A DNA stretch of 63,613 bases, filler included, from Candidatus Woesearchaeota archaeon (GCA_023266675.1; 4 parts of 4 records of this genome joined end to end with filler, not necessarily neighbours in it), one strand, 5' to 3'; shown: positions 38,252-49,435, counted from the whole stretch's first letter. Notes: a model not told the origin generated them from the letters alone. Made by a program: numbers and translations.

Positions 38252-39805
38252 ATGGCAGAAAAAAAACCTTTATTCCAAATCGATACAAGACCAAGAGTAA
38301 TCACGCTTCCGGACATAAAAGACAGAACATCAATTAACATAAGATACCCGCTAATACCTCCTTACGCATATGCGCATATATTCTGGAATGAAATCACTGG
38401 AGAACTATTATACAATCTTGAAGAGCCGGTTCTTGACGAAACAGAAAAAGAAGTTCTGCATCTACTAATGCTTGGACTTGAGGAAATGATAAACATAAGC
38501 TATGTTAACGCATCAAAAAAAGGAGCGCTAATACAGTATCTTGAAAAAAATGTCCAGTCAATACTTCTTGAACTTGGAACAAAAGTATCAGAAACAACCT
38601 ATCTAAAACTCATGTATTACATCTACAGGGATTCGATAGGATTAAACAAGATTGAACCGCTTCTCCATGACTATTTCATAGAGGACATAGAATGCAACGG
38701 AAAAACATTTCCACTCTACATTGTTCACCGAAAATATGAGAATTTAAAAACGAATATTATATACGCAGATAACAATGAGCTCATGGATTTTGTTGAAAAA
38801 CTTGCACAGAAAAGCAACAGATACATCTCTTACGCAAAACCACTTCTTGATGGTACCTTGCCAGACGGCTCAAGAGTCAACGCAACATACACTGAGGACA
38901 TAACAACAAGAGGCCCTACTTTTACAATAAGAAAATTCACACAAGACCCATGGACTCCAACGCACCTTATCAATTTCAACACATCAACACCAGAAATATT
39001 TGCATACCTGTGGATTGCGATAGAACACAAACTTAACATGATGATAATTGGAGAGACTGCAAGCGGAAAAACTACTTTTCTAAACAGCATAATGCATTTC
39101 ATACCGCCAGAAGCAAGAGTGTGCTCCATTGAAGATACAAGAGAACTTAATCTTGCGCATGACAACTGGCTCCCCTCAGTCACACGAGTAGGTATGGGCA
39201 TGCCAAATCAGGACGGAACAGAATACGGAGAAATAACGCTCTTTGACTTGCTTCGCGAGTCATTCAGGCAGAATCCTGATTATGTAATAGTTGGTGAGAT
39301 AAGAGGCAAAGAAGCTTATGTGCTTTTTCAAGGCATGGCATCAGGACATCCTTCCTTTGGAACTTTTCACGCTGGAAGTGTAGAAACATTGACACGGCGA
39401 CTTCAGACACCACCAATAAGCCTTCCAGCATCACTTGTTGAGTCACTTAACATTGTTTGCGTTGCAAGTCACATAAAGGAGAAAGACAGAAACATAAGAA
39501 GAATAAGGGAAGTATGCGAGATACAGCAGGTTGGCGCCGAAGGGCAGGTAAAATACAAAAAACTCTTTGAGTGGGATGCACAAAAAGATATGATTATACG
39601 AAACGGCGCATCAGTGCTGTTTGAAAAAATAGCCAAAGCATCAGGCCTAAGCGTGGATTATCTTGAAACAGAATTAAAAAAAAGAGCAGAACTTTTGAAA
39701 ACTCTTGAAGAGAGAAAAATCTTTGATTTTAAACTAATAAACAAGATAATAAATGACTATTATCAAAATCCATCAAAAGTCATGGCCGAATATAACATCA
39801 AATAA
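38252..39805 (+). CDS. Type II/IV secretion (pilus assembly) ATPase, FlaI/TadA family
   Basis: GETASGKTT, SIEDTRE, RQNPDYVIVGEIRG. Confidence 0.93.
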   Translation: MAEKKPLFQIDTRPRVITLPDIKDRTSINIRYPLIPPYAYAHIFWNEITGELLYNLEEPVLDETEKEVLHLLMLGLEEMINISYVNASKKGALIQYLEKNVQSILLELGTKVSETTYLKLMYYIYRDSIGLNKIEPLLHDYFIEDIECNGKTFPLYIVHRKYENLKTNIIYADNNELMDFVEKLAQKSNRYISYAKPLLDGTLPDGSRVNATYTEDITTRGPTFTIRKFTQDPWTPTHLINFNTSTPEIFAYLWIAIEHKLNMMIIGETASGKTTFLNSIMHFIPPEARVCSIEDTRELNLAHDNWLPSVTRVGMGMPNQDGTEYGEITLFDLLRESFRQNPDYVIVGEIRGKEAYVLFQGMASGHPSFGTFHAGSVETLTRRLQTPPISLPASLVESLNIVCVASHIKEKDRNIRRIREVCEIQQVGAEGQVKYKKLFEWDAQKDMIIRNGASVLFEKIAKASGLSVDYLETELKKRAELLKTLEERKIFDFKLINKIINDYYQNPSKVMAEYNIK

Positions 39806-39871
39806 TAATCAATACCTTACTAAATCAAAATCATAATTCCCGCTGTTAGCAAGTAAAAAGAAGAGGTAACT

Positions 39872-40075
39872 TTGAGCACCGAAAAAATAAGAGAGGAACT
39901 TGAAAAAATAAAAACACTGTCTTCGCTCCAGAAGAATCTTCTAAAAATTGAAAGTGCAAGCAGCGAAAAAGAACTTGAAGTGATAAAGACTAAACTTGTA
40001 ATAACGCGTGAAGAGATGCTGAAATCCACGTATTCAATAAACAAAATTTTAAAACAGCTTGAAGAAAAGGTCTGA
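39872..40075 (+). CDS. Small coiled-coil hypothetical protein
   Basis: GAGGT RBS, TTG start. Confidence 0.5.
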   Translation: MSTEKIREELEKIKTLSSLQKNLLKIESASSEKELEVIKTKLVITREEMLKSTYSINKILKQLEEKV

Positions 40076-40079
40076 CAAC

Positions 40080-40393
40080 ATGCATGAAGACCTAAAAACA
40101 TATATCGATGAAACAGAGCTGATATTAAAAGAAATTGACAGGTACAAAACTTTTAAAAAAGAACTCCTTTCTGACTTAAAGAGACTTAACAAGGAATATG
40201 ATTCTGAATTGATTGATTATAAAACATACCTAAAATTAAAGGAAAAACTCTTTAGCGGCAAAACAAAGGAAGAAAACATAGAATACTATAACTCATACAT
40301 TCTTTCACTTGTAAAAAAAATTGAATACATAAATACGCAGATATTCTCGTTAATCTACAACTATGTACCTGAGAATTCCATCAAGCTGCAAGC
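40080..40393 (+). CDS. Hypothetical protein, 3' truncated (possibly N-terminus of a TadC-like platform protein)
   Basis: Open to the gap; position after the pilus ATPase. Confidence 0.45.
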
Positions 40394-40493
40394 NNNNNNN
40401 NNNNNNNNNNNNNNNNNNNNNNNNNNNNNNNNNNNNNTTAATTAATTAANNNNNNNNNNNNNNNNNNNNNNNNNNNNNNNNNNNNNNNNNNNN
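40394..40493. other. Artificial contig linker
   Basis: N-run with TTAATTAATTAA. Confidence 0.97.
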
Positions 40494-41010
40494 AATAATT
40501 GATTTTCATATCTCCAAACCTTTCAGAATGAGTGAATGTGAAGCCTACTTTTTTCCATTCATACAATTTTTCTTTTGAGTATTCCCCTGTCTTCTTATAT
40601 GGAAAAACTGATACAGGTGATATCAAGACAATTGAATCTACATGTTTATTCTTTGATGCAACCTGAAGCGTTACAATTCCTCCAAGCGAGTTTCCTATCA
40701 GAAAAATACGGTAGGTATACCTAGAGATTAATTTTATGCATGATTTTAAGTCATCAATATACTGTGATATTGTTGTATCCTCAAATTTTCCGTCGCTTTC
40801 CCCGCGTCCTGAGAAGTCAAAAGCAAATAATCCAACTCCTTTCTCTGTAAGAACTTTGCTCAATGCTACTACTTTTGAGGTTTCCTTTGTGCTTCGATAA
40901 CCATGGCAATATATTGCTATCGGGAAATCAGCATTTTTTTTTGGAGCATAAAGAACTCCTATAAGTTTTTGTCCTCTGGAGTTATTAAACCATAATTTTC
41001 CTTTTCTCAT
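40494..41010 (-). CDS. Alpha/beta hydrolase (3' truncated)
   Basis: HGY, FDFSGRGES, GNSLGG nucleophile elbow. Confidence 0.85.
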
Positions 41011-42119
41011 TTGTCTTCAATTTCAATTGTTATCTTTGATTCTTTCTCGTTGATGTCTTTTACGACTTTGTGGTCTTTTAGTTTCTCTTTGATTTCCTTC
41101 CATGAGTGCTTTTTGCGCGCTTTTTTTAGCGTGTCAATAACCTCTTTGATAAGCGTGTAGTTCTCATAAATAATTTCGCCGCTGCGCTTGTTTTCATTGT
41201 ATCCTTTCTCAAATGTTTCAGCCTGTTTTTGCTGCATCCTTATTATATCTTTGACTTTACCAATCTTTTTCTCGTGCTTTGAAGTCTCTTCTTTTTTCTT
41301 TCCAGAAATTACGCTTGGCGTGACAACATAATCTATTGCAGAGTTAAAACTTTCAAATGTTTTATTCTCTTTTCCAGTCGCATAAGTTGAAAAAGGGAAT
41401 ATCTCCTCTTTGTCAGTCACGATAGCTTCAATCTTTTTCTTAACTATTGATTTTAGCACATCATGAAGCTTTCTTATTTCGCTTTCAGTTAACTTTTTCT
41501 TCCCTTTGTCTATCTCTGCCTCACTGCATATCTGTTCAGCGTATATCCCGCCGATTCCTAGGTCCATTGCAAGCATTTTCACTATCGATTCTTTGTCAGA
41601 CTCGTCAACGGCTTTTTTCAAATCATCTTCACTCATGTCAATTATGCTGTACTCTTTTGTCGGAAAATCGTATTTTACGCCGCCGCGAACAGTTCTTTTT
41701 GTCATCACTTTTGTTTCAAGCGCAGACATTATTGTGTAATCATCTTTGCAGAGAATTATGTTGCCTTTTGAGAAAAGTTCAATAATCATCCTGTATTTTT
41801 CTTCTTTTGATTCAAACTCTATCTCTACTATTCTTTCAAAGCCAACTTGCCTGATGTTTTTTACTCTTGTATTTTCTAGATATTTTCGTAAAAACATGCA
41901 AAATCCGCCTGGTGTCTGCGGGAAATCAGGTTTTTTTGAAGCAAGGTAGAAATATTTTGGTGCAATTACACTCACCATCTGTTTTCCGTGAGACGTTACA
42001 TGAAACTGCAAAACCATGTTTTTTCCTTCCTGGTATATCTTGTCAACTTTGCCGCCAACTAGAAATGAAAGCTCAGAAATTATGTAGTGCAAATCAAGCG
42101 ATGATGTATCTGTTTTCAT
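41007..42119 (-). CDS. NFACT/Rqc2 (NEMF/FbpA-like) N-terminal protein
   Basis: FCMFLRKYL, IRQVGFERIV, ELFSKGNIIL. Confidence 0.85.
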   Translation of the reverse strand: MKTDTSSLDLHYIISELSFLVGGKVDKIYQEGKNMVLQFHVTSHGKQMVSVIAPKYFYLASKKPDFPQTPGGFCMFLRKYLENTRVKNIRQVGFERIVEIEFESKEEKYRMIIELFSKGNIILCKDDYTIMSALETKVMTKRTVRGGVKYDFPTKEYSIIDMSEDDLKKAVDESDKESIVKMLAMDLGIGGIYAEQICSEAEIDKGKKKLTESEIRKLHDVLKSIVKKKIEAIVTDKEEIFPFSTYATGKENKTFESFNSAIDYVVTPSVISGKKKEETSKHEKKIGKVKDIIRMQQKQAETFEKGYNENKRSGEIIYENYTLIKEVIDTLKKARKKHSWKEIKEKLKDHKVVKDINEKESKITIEIEDK

Positions 42120-42167
42120 AAATCTAATGATAGCACAGTATTCTATAAAAATGTTTGCTCAAGAAAC

Positions 42168-42557
42168 TTATATAGCATAAGTTAGTAATATTTTTAGATA
42201 ATCAATATTTTCTTTGTCTTTCAATGTCGCCTTTAACCCTTTAATGCTTGGGTCCTTATTTTTGCTTATATCGCTGTTTATTGTTGATAGAACATAATCT
42301 TTAATGATTTTCAATCCGACATATAATTCCTGTCTTACTATATCATTTAAATCTGAGGTATTTTCTGTTGTGAAACCAGAGTAGGGGTTAACATTTTTTG
42401 ATTGTTCAAGAGATGCATTCATGTGTCTTACATATGTTCCAATATTTTCAAATTGTGGTCTTCCTCTAGGTTCTATAGTACTGGACATTTCTTCTAATCT
42501 TTTCCCAGCCTCAACCAATTCGTCTATGAAGTCGTTTATAGAATATGTGCTCATCAT
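42168..42557 (-). CDS. Hypothetical protein
   Basis: 129-aa ORF with TATA upstream. Confidence 0.55.
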   Translation of the reverse strand: MMSTYSINDFIDELVEAGKRLEEMSSTIEPRGRPQFENIGTYVRHMNASLEQSKNVNPYSGFTTENTSDLNDIVRQELYVGLKIIKDYVLSTINSDISKNKDPSIKGLKATLKDKENIDYLKILLTYAI

Positions 42558-42610
42558 GTATCAATATAGACTTTATAATTTTTATATATAAATCTTTCTA
42601 TAGTTTACCA

Positions 42611-44164
42611 TTAATTAGTAGTGTAACAGACTACCTTATTTCTTCCGGTTTCCTTAGCCTTATATAATGCCTTATCTGCAAAATTTTTAAGATTAGACGC
42701 TATTTCTTTAGCCAATCCTGATTTTGGATCTGCTTTTCCGGTGTTTTCAGGATAACTTGCAACACCAATACTTACACAAAAATTATCAAATCTTGGGTCA
42801 TTAGACACGTGAGTATGTGTTTTTTTTACCTCATTCATTACTTCAACAGAATCTTCATATACCTTCTTCCTTATTCTTTCTGCTGTTATTTTTGCATCAT
42901 TTATTGAAGTATCCGTAAGAACAACCAAGAACTCTTCACCACCCCATCTTCCTATAACCTCATTTTTTCTCAGACTGTCCTTTACTATTTTTGCAAATGA
43001 TTTTAGCACAATATCACCCGTATGATGTCCAAACGTGTCATTGTACGACTTAAATTTGTCAATGTCAATCATTAGAACACTTATATATCCCTCATTTCTT
43101 ATTGCTCTGTTTGTCTCATTTTCAAGAAATTCCTCAATTTGTCTTTTATTTGATATGTTGGTTAGGAAATCAACTGACGCTAACCTTTCAAGATTTTTAA
43201 TATCTGATGTTTTACCCCTCTCAGCGTTTGTTCTTGAAACATTAAGTCTATGCAGAAATTTCAAAACTTTCTTATTCTTTGGAAAGCCGTACCTAAAAAG
43301 CTCAACTAGCCTATTATAATAATCACTGTACTCTTCTGGTTTTGAAAAAGTCTGTACATCTCTTTTTATAGCGTTGATAATTTTCTCAGATTTACCATAA
43401 CTAACTATTCTTTTCCAGAATGTATCACCCCAGTATTCGGAAAATAGCTTTTCAGATAACTCTCTTGAACGATATGTTTTTTGAAATAACAGTTCAAATG
43501 GTTCATGTATTGTTTTTTTCTCATATTTTAGCAGCGCATCAATCTGTTCAACATAACTTAACATTTTTTCATTCCATTCTCTAATCAAACTTTCATAATT
43601 GGAAACATGCATCATAGAATCATTCTTCGCATAATCCTTTATATCCAATATAGTTCTAATCTCATCTTCAATATTTTTCTTCTGCTCTGTATAACCTAGT
43701 CTGAATATGGCAATTCTTTTTTTGAATTGCATTATTGCCGATTCTGTTTCATTGTCTATCATAACCTGCTCTTTTATTTTCTTTAGAAGTTCTGATGGAA
43801 ATTCCTTCTCTTTGAATCTTAGTATGTTATGATAAACCCTTGTTTCATACGCAACATCGTCCCTTAATATCTTTTCTTCATTCTCACTTATCTGTTCAGC
43901 AGGCAGCAATGTGATTGTATTTAAATCAAATGAAATAAAAGCTCTTTGAAGCATTTTTAATATATCTTCACATAATATAATTATCCTATCTTCCTTCTTT
44001 CCATCACTCCATCTGTTGTTTATCTCAGAAAGAAGCATTCTTACCTTTATTTTGTGGTCATAAAGAACTTTCATCCGTAGTTCAAAGCTTGCAAGAATAT
44101 TCTTTTCTTTCTCTTCAAGATTATCAATTACGTCAAAAATGTGCCCTAGCTCTTTAACATCCAT
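42611..44164 (-). CDS. GGDEF-domain diguanylate cyclase
   Basis: DFLT, DIDKFKSYNDTFGHHTGD, RWGGEEF, SIGVA, ADKALYKAK-GRN. Confidence 0.92.
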   Translation of the reverse strand: MDVKELGHIFDVIDNLEEKEKNILASFELRMKVLYDHKIKVRMLLSEINNRWSDGKKEDRIIILCEDILKMLQRAFISFDLNTITLLPAEQISENEEKILRDDVAYETRVYHNILRFKEKEFPSELLKKIKEQVMIDNETESAIMQFKKRIAIFRLGYTEQKKNIEDEIRTILDIKDYAKNDSMMHVSNYESLIREWNEKMLSYVEQIDALLKYEKKTIHEPFELLFQKTYRSRELSEKLFSEYWGDTFWKRIVSYGKSEKIINAIKRDVQTFSKPEEYSDYYNRLVELFRYGFPKNKKVLKFLHRLNVSRTNAERGKTSDIKNLERLASVDFLTNISNKRQIEEFLENETNRAIRNEGYISVLMIDIDKFKSYNDTFGHHTGDIVLKSFAKIVKDSLRKNEVIGRWGGEEFLVVLTDTSINDAKITAERIRKKVYEDSVEVMNEVKKTHTHVSNDPRFDNFCVSIGVASYPENTGKADPKSGLAKEIASNLKNFADKALYKAKETGRNKVVCYTTN

Positions 44165-44293
44165 TAATTAGACATATTATCTCCACTATATAAACTTTTT
44201 TTTAAAACATAGCTTCAATTCAGCTTAAAGTCAACCCAAAGCATATATATACGCTTGATATAACAAACATTATCATCAATTGGAGGAAATAAT

Positions 44294-45639
44294 ATGAGCT
44301 TAAAAAAAACTATTCAGATTTTGTCAATTTTAATCTTAGTATTTACTTTAGTATTATCCGGATGCACAAAAGTGCCAGGGAAATTAGAACAAAAACAAAC
44401 AACATTTAGCCAAAATACGTTTGACCCTAAACTTAATATTGAAGCAAAAAGCTTCGCGAGTGATGCAGAGTTTCAGAGTTTTGTAAAGCAAAACCAGATT
44501 GAATCTGGCGGATACAATGGTGGCATATTAATGAGGACATTAAGCTCTGCGGCACCAGCCATGGCGGAAAAAGCAGCAGATTCTTCATCGGGTTCTGGAG
44601 TGTCACAAAACAGCTATTCACAGACAAACAATCAAGTTGCTTCAGTTGACGAGGCTGATATAATAAAGACTGACGGAGAATACATTTATACAATAAGCCA
44701 GAACACGCTTTTCATAGCAAAAGCGTACCCGGGAATCGAGTCAAAAATCGTTTCAACAATAAAATTTAATTCTACTCCACAGGGGATTTTTCTAAAGGAT
44801 GGAAAACTTACAGTATTTGGAAACTTTTATGACACAGCATATTTTAAAAAAATGAATTTTATTCCACGTAGCGGAATGACCTTTTTTGATATTTATGATA
44901 TTTCAGACAAAGAAAAACCTGTGCTTGTCAAGGATTACAAGTTTGAAGGAAATTATTTTCAGGCAAGAATGACAGGGGACTATGTGTACTTTGTAATAAC
45001 ATCAGGACTTGAAAAAAGAACTGATTACCCAACACCTTTAATTTTTGATGGAGACGTCAAAAGCTCAATGTCTGCAAAAAACATTTTCTATTATCCAATG
45101 CCATACATTTATCCTGAGCTTGTAACTGTTCACGCAGTAAACATGGCAGCAACTGACGCAGCAATCAATTCAAAAAGCGTAGTTGTTGAAAGTGCATCCA
45201 ATATGTACATGTCAGAAAAGAATATCTTCATAACAAATACTGAGTACATAAATGAATGGGAAATCAGGCAGAAAATAACAATGGATTTTATGATAGACAA
45301 ACTGTCAGATTCTGACAAAACACTTGTAGAAAAAATAAAGAACGTAGATAATGATGTACTTTCAAAGTCTGAAAAAGATTCAAAAATAATGCAAGTAATC
45401 TATGAATCGATAAGCTATATGACACAGGATGAACAGGATAAAATAAATGAGGAAATTGATAATCGGACTGCAGATAAGATGCAGGAATACGAGTACATGG
45501 AGTATACAGTTATTAACAAACTCTCAGTTGAGAATGGAATCGTTGATGTAAGTGCTCAGGGAAAAGTGCCTGGTCACGTAATAAACCAGTTCTCGCTTGA
45601 CGAAAACAATGACGTGTTAAGGATAGCAACAACAATAAG
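44294..45639 (+). CDS. Secreted beta-propeller domain lipoprotein (3' truncated)
   Basis: LSGC lipobox; TNNQVASVDEADIIKTDG, NQFSLDE, LRIATT. Confidence 0.85.
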
Positions 45640-45739
45640 NNNNNNNNNNNNNNNNNNNNNNNNNNNNNNNNNNNNNNNNNNNNTTAATTAATTAANNNNN
45701 NNNNNNNNNNNNNNNNNNNNNNNNNNNNNNNNNNNNNNN
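45640..45739. other. Artificial contig linker
   Basis: N-run with TTAATTAATTAA. Confidence 0.97.
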
Positions 45740-46057
45740 TTTCATCTCTGTCTTGAAGTTTATCACCACATATGTTTTCCACTTTATGGAATTAAGCTTC
45801 TTAGAATAACAAATTATGTAAAAATGGACAGGTATAAATTAAAATACCTAAGTCTTTTTGATAGAGTGAACTGCAATTACTGCGGTTACGCAAACGGTGT
45901 TATGCATTATGCAAAGGATATAGCCGCGGAGACTGAGAAATACTGGTGCGGGATTAAGCATCAGGATTCAAAAGGATATGTAAGGCCTGAGCACCACAAA
46001 AATTTTGTTGATTATGGTGATGAAAAAGCATTACATAAAAAATATAGTCACAAATGA
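45740..46057 (+). CDS. Conserved hypothetical protein (5' truncated)
   Basis: NCNYCGYANG...EKYWCGIKH. Confidence 0.6.
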   Translation, partial: FHLCLEVYHHICFPLYGIKLLRITNYVKMDRYKLKYLSLFDRVNCNYCGYANGVMHYAKDIAAETEKYWCGIKHQDSKGYVRPEHHKNFVDYGDEKALHKKYSHK

Positions 46058-46110
46058 AACTTATTATTCTTTTATATTCTAACAACAACAGATTTTAGAT
46101 ATACTCACTT

Positions 46111-47721
46111 TCATTCAAAATTTTCAGGATACTCAAAAGGCACGTCTATTATTACTGCTCCTTTTGTCTTTAATGCCTGCTTTATTGTTTCATCAAGCGC
46201 TGACGCATCTTCAAGTCTTACTCCTTTTGCCCCGAAGCTTTCTGCAAGCTTTACAAAATCAGGATTAATCAGGTCAAGCCCAAACTCTGTTAATCCCTGC
46301 TGTTTTTGCTTTATCTTAATCATACCGTATGAACTGTTGTTTACAACTATAACCACAATATTAATTCCAAGTCTCACTGTGGTTTCAAGATCGCCAAGGT
46401 TCATAATCAAGCCACCGTCACCAGTGATTACGACAGTTTTGCTTTCAGGGTTAAGATATTTTGCTATTGTTCCTGATGCAAGGCCTGCACCCATTGTTGC
46501 AAATGTATTGTCAAGCAGCAGTGTGTTTGGATGATAAACATGATAATTTCTTGCAAACCATATTTTGTACCATCCATTGTCAAGTGCTACAATGTCATTT
46601 TCATCAAGCGAGTTTCGAAGAGTATTTATCAATAGCTGAGGTGTTGTGAGTTTGCTGTTTATTTTTTTTAAATTGTATCCTTTTATTTTCTCTTTTGATT
46701 TTAAGGCAGTTTCATACATTAAGTCATGATTCCACTTAGCATTTATCTTCGCTTTGCAAAGGCGCCAGAAAAGATTTCCTATATCTCCAATTATCTCCAT
46801 GTCAGGATGGTATACTTCGTCTGTTTTGGACTCATAGTAATTTATGTGTATAAGTTTTGTTTTGTTATCTTGGCTATGTATAAAATTTGTAGGCTTTTCA
46901 AGTGTGTCATGACCAACTGCAAGTATCAGGTCAGCCTGATCGATTACTTTATGGACGTCATCACCGCTGCTAAGCGCCGCTGTCCCCACATATTGCGGCA
47001 GTCTTTCGTCAACAACTCCCTTTCCCATCTGTGATTCAAAGAAGGGTATATTATATTGTTTGACAAACTCTGTAAGGTACTTTGAAATTCGTTTTCTGTT
47101 TGCACCAGCGCCTATTAGTACAATTGGTGTTTTGGATTTCTCAAGCGCATCAACAAGTTTTGAAAATGCTTTATCCTCTACAACAGGTCTTCTAATATCC
47201 TCCTGTATAATTGGTACTTCATCCACTTCCTCTCTTGCAATGTCTTCTGGGAGCTCTAGATGCACAGCACCAGGTCTTTCTGATATAGCAGTCTTAAACG
47301 CCTGGCGTATATGCGCAGGAATTCTGCTAGCGCTTTGAATCTGTCTTGCGCTTTTTGTTAAAGGCTTCATCATTGAAACAATGTCTATTATCTGAAACTC
47401 TCCCTGCTTTGATTTTTTTATTGGTTTTTGCCCTGTGATAAGTATTACGGGCAGACCATTAAGCTGCGCGTATCCAACTCCTGTCACTAGGTTTGTTGCA
47501 CCAGGCCCAAGTGTGCTTATTGCTATTCCTGGTTTTCCCGTGAAACGCCCGTAGTTTGCAGCCATGAACACTGCTGTCTGTTCGTTACGTGTAAGAATTA
47601 GTTTTATCTCAGATTTTCTAAGAGATTCAAGAAGATCAAGATTTTCTTCGCCAGGTATTCCAAAAATATATCTGACACCTTCAGTTTCAAGACATTTGAC
47701 AAATAAATCTGATGCTTTCAT
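46111..47721 (-). CDS. Acetolactate synthase large subunit-like ThDP enzyme
   Basis: FGIPGEEN, TLGPGATN, GDGG...NN ThDP motif. Confidence 0.9.
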   Translation of the reverse strand: MKASDLFVKCLETEGVRYIFGIPGEENLDLLESLRKSEIKLILTRNEQTAVFMAANYGRFTGKPGIAISTLGPGATNLVTGVGYAQLNGLPVILITGQKPIKKSKQGEFQIIDIVSMMKPLTKSARQIQSASRIPAHIRQAFKTAISERPGAVHLELPEDIAREEVDEVPIIQEDIRRPVVEDKAFSKLVDALEKSKTPIVLIGAGANRKRISKYLTEFVKQYNIPFFESQMGKGVVDERLPQYVGTAALSSGDDVHKVIDQADLILAVGHDTLEKPTNFIHSQDNKTKLIHINYYESKTDEVYHPDMEIIGDIGNLFWRLCKAKINAKWNHDLMYETALKSKEKIKGYNLKKINSKLTTPQLLINTLRNSLDENDIVALDNGWYKIWFARNYHVYHPNTLLLDNTFATMGAGLASGTIAKYLNPESKTVVITGDGGLIMNLGDLETTVRLGINIVVIVVNNSSYGMIKIKQKQQGLTEFGLDLINPDFVKLAESFGAKGVRLEDASALDETIKQALKTKGAVIIDVPFEYPENFE

Positions 47722-47749
47722 TCTTGTTCCATTTTTTATTTTTTATCTT

Positions 47750-49114
47750 CTATTTATATACACTTATCTGTTTGATATTCATGAATTCCTTTATTCCTAT
47801 ATGAGAGAGTTCCCGTCCGTAGCCTGACATCTTTATTCCGCCAAGCGGGAGCAGTGGGTGTGATGCAGAGATATGGTTGATAAAAACTCCGCCGCATTCA
47901 AGTTTTCTTGCCAACTCTTCTCCTTTACTTAAATTATTGGTCCATATGGTTGCGCTAAGTCCGAATATTGATTTATTTGCAACTCTTACTGCTTCATCGT
48001 CATCTTTTACAATAATAATAGGCACAACTGGTCCAAAAACTTCCTCATTTATAATACTCATATCTTTTGTTGTCTGTGATATGACAGTTGGTTTATAGTA
48101 GCACCCTTCATTTCCAAATCTTTCGCCGCCAGTCAATATCTTTGCTCCTTTGCTTTTTGCATCTTTGACAAATTCTTCCATATCATTTAATGAGTCTAAA
48201 TCAACAACAGGACCAATATCAGTTTTTGGGTCCATTGGGTCTCCTTGTTTTAACTGAGTTACAAGTTCAGCGTATCTTTTTGAGAATTTTTCTGCAATGC
48301 TTTCATTAACAATTATTCTTTTTGCGCCAACGCATACCTGACCGCAGTTTCCCATTCGTCCCATAACGGCGCCTATTGCTGCCTTCTCAATATCTGCATC
48401 TTCAAGAATAATAAATGGGTCTGAACCGCCAAGCTCAAGCACTGACTTTTTTATGTTTTTTGCAGCGCGTGACGCAACTTTGGCGCCAGAGGAAACACTT
48501 CCGGTCAAAGAGACCCCCTGCACAAACTCTGAATCTATCAGCAAATCGCTTGTATCATGGTCTATAATGAGTGTTTTAAAAACATTTTCTGGAAATCCTG
48601 ATTTCCTGAATGCTTCTTCTACAAGAATTGCTGAGCCTGTAACGTTTTTTGCATGCTTTAATATAATCGTATTTCCTGCAAACAAAGGAAGAAGCGCTAC
48701 TTTGAATGGCTGCCAGAAAGGATAATTCCAAGGCATTATAAGGTAAATTGTGCCAAGCGGCTCGTAGGTTATTATGTGCTTTTCTCCGCCGGCATTCACA
48801 AGCTCTTCATCAAGCCACTTCTCACCGTGCTCTGCCAAAGTCTCAGCAAGGACTGCGCATTTCTCAACTTCTAAAAGTGATTCACGTATTATTTTTCCCA
48901 TCTCGCATGTTATCATCTCTGCATATCGCTTTTTGTTGTCTCTTAATATTTTTGCAAGCTGAATAAATAATTTTTTTCTTTCAAAGAATTTCGTTTTTCT
49001 CCAACTGAAACTTTCATTAAAAACTTTTTCTGCAGATGAAAGCGCCTCATCAGAACTCATAACGCTGTATTCTGTCAAAATTTTTCCTGTTGCCGGATTT
49101 TTTGTAGTTATCAT
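47750..49114 (-). CDS. NAD(P)-dependent aldehyde dehydrogenase (SSADH-like)
   Basis: PWNYP, LELGGSDP, GQVC, EEVFGP; start MITTKNPATG. Confidence 0.9.
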   Translation of the reverse strand: MITTKNPATGKILTEYSVMSSDEALSSAEKVFNESFSWRKTKFFERKKLFIQLAKILRDNKKRYAEMITCEMGKIIRESLLEVEKCAVLAETLAEHGEKWLDEELVNAGGEKHIITYEPLGTIYLIMPWNYPFWQPFKVALLPLFAGNTIILKHAKNVTGSAILVEEAFRKSGFPENVFKTLIIDHDTSDLLIDSEFVQGVSLTGSVSSGAKVASRAAKNIKKSVLELGGSDPFIILEDADIEKAAIGAVMGRMGNCGQVCVGAKRIIVNESIAEKFSKRYAELVTQLKQGDPMDPKTDIGPVVDLDSLNDMEEFVKDAKSKGAKILTGGERFGNEGCYYKPTVISQTTKDMSIINEEVFGPVVPIIIVKDDDEAVRVANKSIFGLSATIWTNNLSKGEELARKLECGGVFINHISASHPLLPLGGIKMSGYGRELSHIGIKEFMNIKQISVYK

Positions 49115-49234
49115 TTTAAAAATTATTAATGTTATTTTCTGAAATCTAATCATCTTTATGATATAAATAAATTATGTTTATCCCTTTAATAAAACTTATG
49201 ATTGTTCATCTAGAAAAAATATAAAAAAATAATT

Positions 49235-49435
49235 TTATTCTTCATCATTAAATTTTATTCTTGAGTGTGCTCCATCGCAAAATGGCTTTTTTGCCGATTT
49301 CCCGCATCTGCACAGGTAATAAGTTTCTGAAGCTTTGACACCTGAAACTCCTTCAAGAGGAATTCCTCCGTTTACTACTAATGGTCCATTTTTTACAACT
49401 GTTATCTTCGCGACTGTTTCATTATGTTTGTCCAT
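49235..49435 (-). CDS. CDGSH iron-sulfur domain protein
   Basis: LCRCGKSAKKPFCDGAH. Confidence 0.9.
   Translation of the reverse strand: MDKHNETVAKITVVKNGPLVVNGGIPLEGVSGVKASETYYLCRCGKSAKKPFCDGAHSRIKFNDEE

Noticed and set aside
20466..45739. TTAATTAATTAA motif occurring three times, and gene adjacencies across the N-runs
   Set aside because: Artificial contig linkers; ORFs reading through the X-runs are artefacts.
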